Shown piece by piece: positions 60,501-64,000 of a DNA stretch of 64,000 bases (the first letter of the stretch is position 1; the number at the start of each line of letters is the position of its first letter). The DNA is from Narcine bancroftii. Its lineage: Eukaryota. Location of the stretch: NCBI RefSeq assembly GCF_036971445.1, contig NW_027212150.1, positions 1 to 64,000 of the forward strand. The letters run 5' to 3'. Below the pieces are notes generated by a model. The model was not told the origin of the DNA and made no database searches. It worked only from the letters and a program-made list of their open reading frames with translations. The position numbers were made by a program, and so were the translations under genes.

Positions 60501-63500
60501 TGCGTCTTACACAGAATGATCAGTGCTGTGTCTAAGACGTAATGATCAGTCGTATTTCTCACATAAAGTCATCAGTCCTGCGTCTCACGCACAGTGATCA
60601 GCCCTGCATCTCACACAATGCAAACAGTCCTACGTCTCACACACAGCAATCTGTCAGACATCGCCACACAGTGTTCAGTCCTGCAACTGCACACAGTGAT
60701 CAGTCCTGAGTCACACACCCAATGTTCAGTCTTGTGTCTCACCCATGGCGATCAGTCCTGCATCTTGCACAATTTTCAATCCTGCCTCTCACCCACAGCA
60801 ATCATTTCTGCATCTCGCACACTGTGATCTGTCCTGCATCTCACACATGATGTTCAGTCTTGCGTCTCGCACACAGTTATCAGTCCTACCTCTAACACAG
60901 TGATCATTCCTGAATCTCACAGTGATCAGTCCTAAATCTCACACAAAATGTTCAGTCTTGCATCTCACACAGTGATGTTCTGCATCTCGCACAGTGATGA
61001 GTCCTGCATCTCGCACAGTGATGAGTCTTGCATCTCACACAGTGATGAGTCTTGCATCTCACACAGTGATGAGTCCTGCATCTCACACAGTGATGAGTCC
61101 TGCATCTCGCACAGTGATGAGTCATGCATCTCGCACAGTGATGAGTCCTGCATCTCGCACAGTGATGAGTCTTGCATCTCACACAGTGATGAGTCTTGCA
61201 TCTCACACAGTGATGAGTCCTGCATCTCACAAAGTGATGAGTCCTGCATCTCACACAGTGATGAGTCCTGCATCTCACACAGTGATGAGTCCTGCATCTC
61301 ACACAGTGATGAGTCTTGCATCTCACACAGTGATGAGTCCTGCATCTCACACAGTGATGAGTCCTGCATCTCGCACAGTGATGAGTCCTGCATCTCGCAC
61401 AGTGATGAGTCCTGCAACTCCCACAGTGATGAGTCCTGCATCTCACACAGTGATGAGTCCTGCATCTCGCACAGTGATGAGTCCTGCATCTCGCACAGTG
61501 ATGAGTCCTGCATCTCGCACAGTGATGAGTCCTGCATCTCGCACAGTGATGAGTCCTGCATCTCACACAGTGATAAGTCCTGCATCTCGCACAGTGATGA
61601 GTCCTGCATCTCACACAGTGATGAGTCCTGCATCTCACACAGTGATGAGTCCTGCATCTCGCACACACTCATCAGTCCTGTGTTTCACACAGAGCGATCA
61701 GTGCTGTGTCTCAGACACAATGATCAGTCGTACTTCTCACATCAAGTCATCAGTCCTGCGTCTCACGCATAGTGGTCAGTCCTGTGTCTCACACACACAG
61801 TTATCAGTCCTGCATGTCCACTCAGCGATCGGTCCTGCAGATTACACACAATCAGACCTGCATCTCGCACACAGTCACCAGTACTGCATCGCACACAATG
61901 TTCAGTCTTCCATCTCCAACACACGTCAGTCCTGCGTCTCACACACAGTGATCAGACCTGCTTTTCACACACTCATTAGTCCTGGATCTCACACACAGTG
62001 ATCAGTCCTGTGTCAAACATACAATGATGAGTTCTGCTTCTCACACACAAGTGATCAGTCCTGCACCTCGCACACAGCAATCAGTCCTGCACCTCACACA
62101 CAGTGATCAGTCCTGCACCTCACACACAGCGATCAATACTGCACCTCACACACTGCTATCAGTCCTGCGTCTTACAAAGTGATCTGTCCTGCATCTTACA
62201 AAGTGATCTGTCCTGCATCTTACAAAGTGATCTGTCCTGCATCTTACAAATTGATCTGTCCTGTGTTTCTCACACAGTGACTAGTCCTGCGTCACTCACG
62301 CACAATGTTTATTCCTGCATCTCACAGTGATCTGTCCTCCATCTCCACAAAGCGATGAGTCCTGCGTCTCACACACAGTGATCAGACCTTTTTTTCACAC
62401 ACTCATTAGTCCTGGATCTCACACATAGTGATCAGACATTTTTTTCACACACTCATTAGTCCTGGATCTCACACATAGTGATCAGTCCTGCGTCTCACAC
62501 ACAGTTATCAGTCCTACCTCTAACACAGTGATCATTCCTGCAGATCTAACACAGTGATCAGTCCTGAATCTCACAGTGATCAGTCCTAAATCTCGCACAG
62601 TGATGAGTCCTGCATCTTGCACAGTGATGAGTCCTGCATCTCACACAGTGATGAAGTCCTGCATCTCGCACAGTGATGAGTCCTGCATCTCGCACAGTGA
62701 TGAGTCCTGCATCTCGCACAGTGATGAGTCCTGCATCTCGCACAGTGATGAGTCCTGCATCTCGCACAGTGATGAGTCCTGCATCTCGCACAGTGATGAA
62801 GTCCTGCATCTCGCACAGTGATGAGTCCTGCATCTCGCACAGTGATGAGTCCTGCATCTCGCACAGTGATGAGTCCTGCATCTCGCACAGTGATGAGTCC
62901 TGCATCTCGCACAGTGATGAGTCCTGCATCTCGCACAGTGATGAGTCCTGCATCTTGCACAGTGATGAGTCCTGCATCTCACACAGTGATGAAGTCCTGC
63001 ATCTCGCACAGTGATGAGTCCTGCATCTCGCACAGTGATGAGTCCTGCATCTCGCACAGTGATGAGTCCTGCATCTCGCACAGTGATGAGTCCTGCATCT
63101 CGCACAGTGATGAGTCCTGCATCTCGCACAGTGATGAAGTCCTGCATCTCGCACAGTGATGAGTCCTGCATCTCGCACACACTCATTAGTCCTGCGTCTC
63201 ACACAGAGCGATCAGTGCTGTCTCAGACACAATGATCAGTCGTACTTCTCTCAGTCATCATTCCTGCGTCTCATGCGCAGTGATCAGTCCTGTCTCTCAC
63301 ACACAATGTATAGTCCTGCATCTCAAATACAGTGATCAGTCGTGCGCAACGCACAGTTATCTGTCCTGCATGTCCACACAGCGATCACTCCTCCAGATGA
63401 CACACAGTTATCAGTCCTGAATCTCACACAAAGTGATCAATCCAGCATCTCACACAAAATGTACAGTCTTGCATCTCACACAGTGATGAGTCCTGCATCT

Positions 63501-64000
63501 CACACACACTGATCAGTCCTGCGTCTCACACAGAGCGATCAATACGATGTCTCAGACACAATGATCAGTCATACTTCTCACACAAAGTCATCATTCCTGC
63601 ATGTCCACTCAGCGATCAGTCCTGCATCTCACACACTATCTGTCCTGAATCTCACACACAGTGATCAGTCCTGCATCTCACACACAGTGATTAGTCATGC
63701 ATCACACACACAGTTATCAGTCCTGCATATCCACACATCGATCAGTCCTGCATCTTACACACAGAGATCAGTCCTGAATCTCACACACAGAGATCAGTCC
63801 TGAATCTCACACAGTGATCAGTCCTGAATCTCACGCAGTGATCAGTCCAGAATCTCACACAAAATGTACAGTCTTGCATCTCACACAGTGATGAGTCCTG
63901 CATCTCACACACACTGATCAGTCCTGCGTCTCACACAGAGCGAATAATGCTGTGTCTCAGACACAATGATCAGTCGTACTACTCACATAAGTCATCAGTC
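42580..64000. repeat. 24/26 bp satellite (CACAGTGATGAGTCCTGCATCTCG / CACACAGCGATCAGTCCTGCACCTCA) with kb-scale higher-order duplications
   Basis: Homogeneous 24-mer tracts at about 48700-49320, 54600-55630, 60950-61670 and 62580-63180 embedded in diverged units; continues to the window end. Confidence 0.97.
43425..43917 (+). mobile_element. probable solo LTR (~493 bp) inserted in the satellite
   Basis: Unique AT-richer segment beginning TGAAAA and ending TTGACA; AATAAA at 43850-43855; flanks GTGG/GTGA (imperfect 4-bp TSD); the satellite unit resumes on both sides. Confidence 0.6.

Noticed and set aside
48688-63235. SHSDESCI / CEMQDSSL / RCRTHHC repeat proteins
   Set aside because: The 24-bp satellite is open in several frames on both strands; no start context, splice signals or unique domains.
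42580-64000. CRISPR-like array
   Set aside because: Units are contiguous with no unique spacers, there are no cas genes, and the context is eukaryotic.

Overview
Eukaryotic, intron-containing vertebrate DNA, most likely from a cartilaginous fish (elasmobranch-type CR1/Rex LINE remnants and the recurring 'CCCCGGGAGTGTGTGA' repeat; inferred). It is GC- and repeat-rich and syntenic with human 16p11.2. Five genes were built by hand from splice sites: (1) an aldolase A gene (+, 9000-14184) whose first two coding exons carry frameshifts and a stop while exons 3-8 are intact; (2) an intact PPP4C (+, 18626-23230, 307 aa); (3) an uncharacterised 133-aa single-pass membrane protein with 18 Cys (+, 29955-30935), behind a CCAAT/RFX/NRF1 promoter; (4) a four-exon, 107-aa signal-peptide plus TM gene (-, 35789-31983) that resembles the mammalian sperm-egg fusion factor FIMP/C16orf92 in motif, topology and neighbourhood, and is the most notable finding; (5) the last three exons of TLCD3B/FAM57B (-, 40063-37523). 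The rest is minisatellite or satellite DNA (including about 24 kb inside a TLCD3B intron), LINE fragments, two MITEs with target-site duplications and a probable solo LTR. Nearly all long ORFs in the track are repeat artefacts. Homology calls rest on recalled sequences, not database searches.
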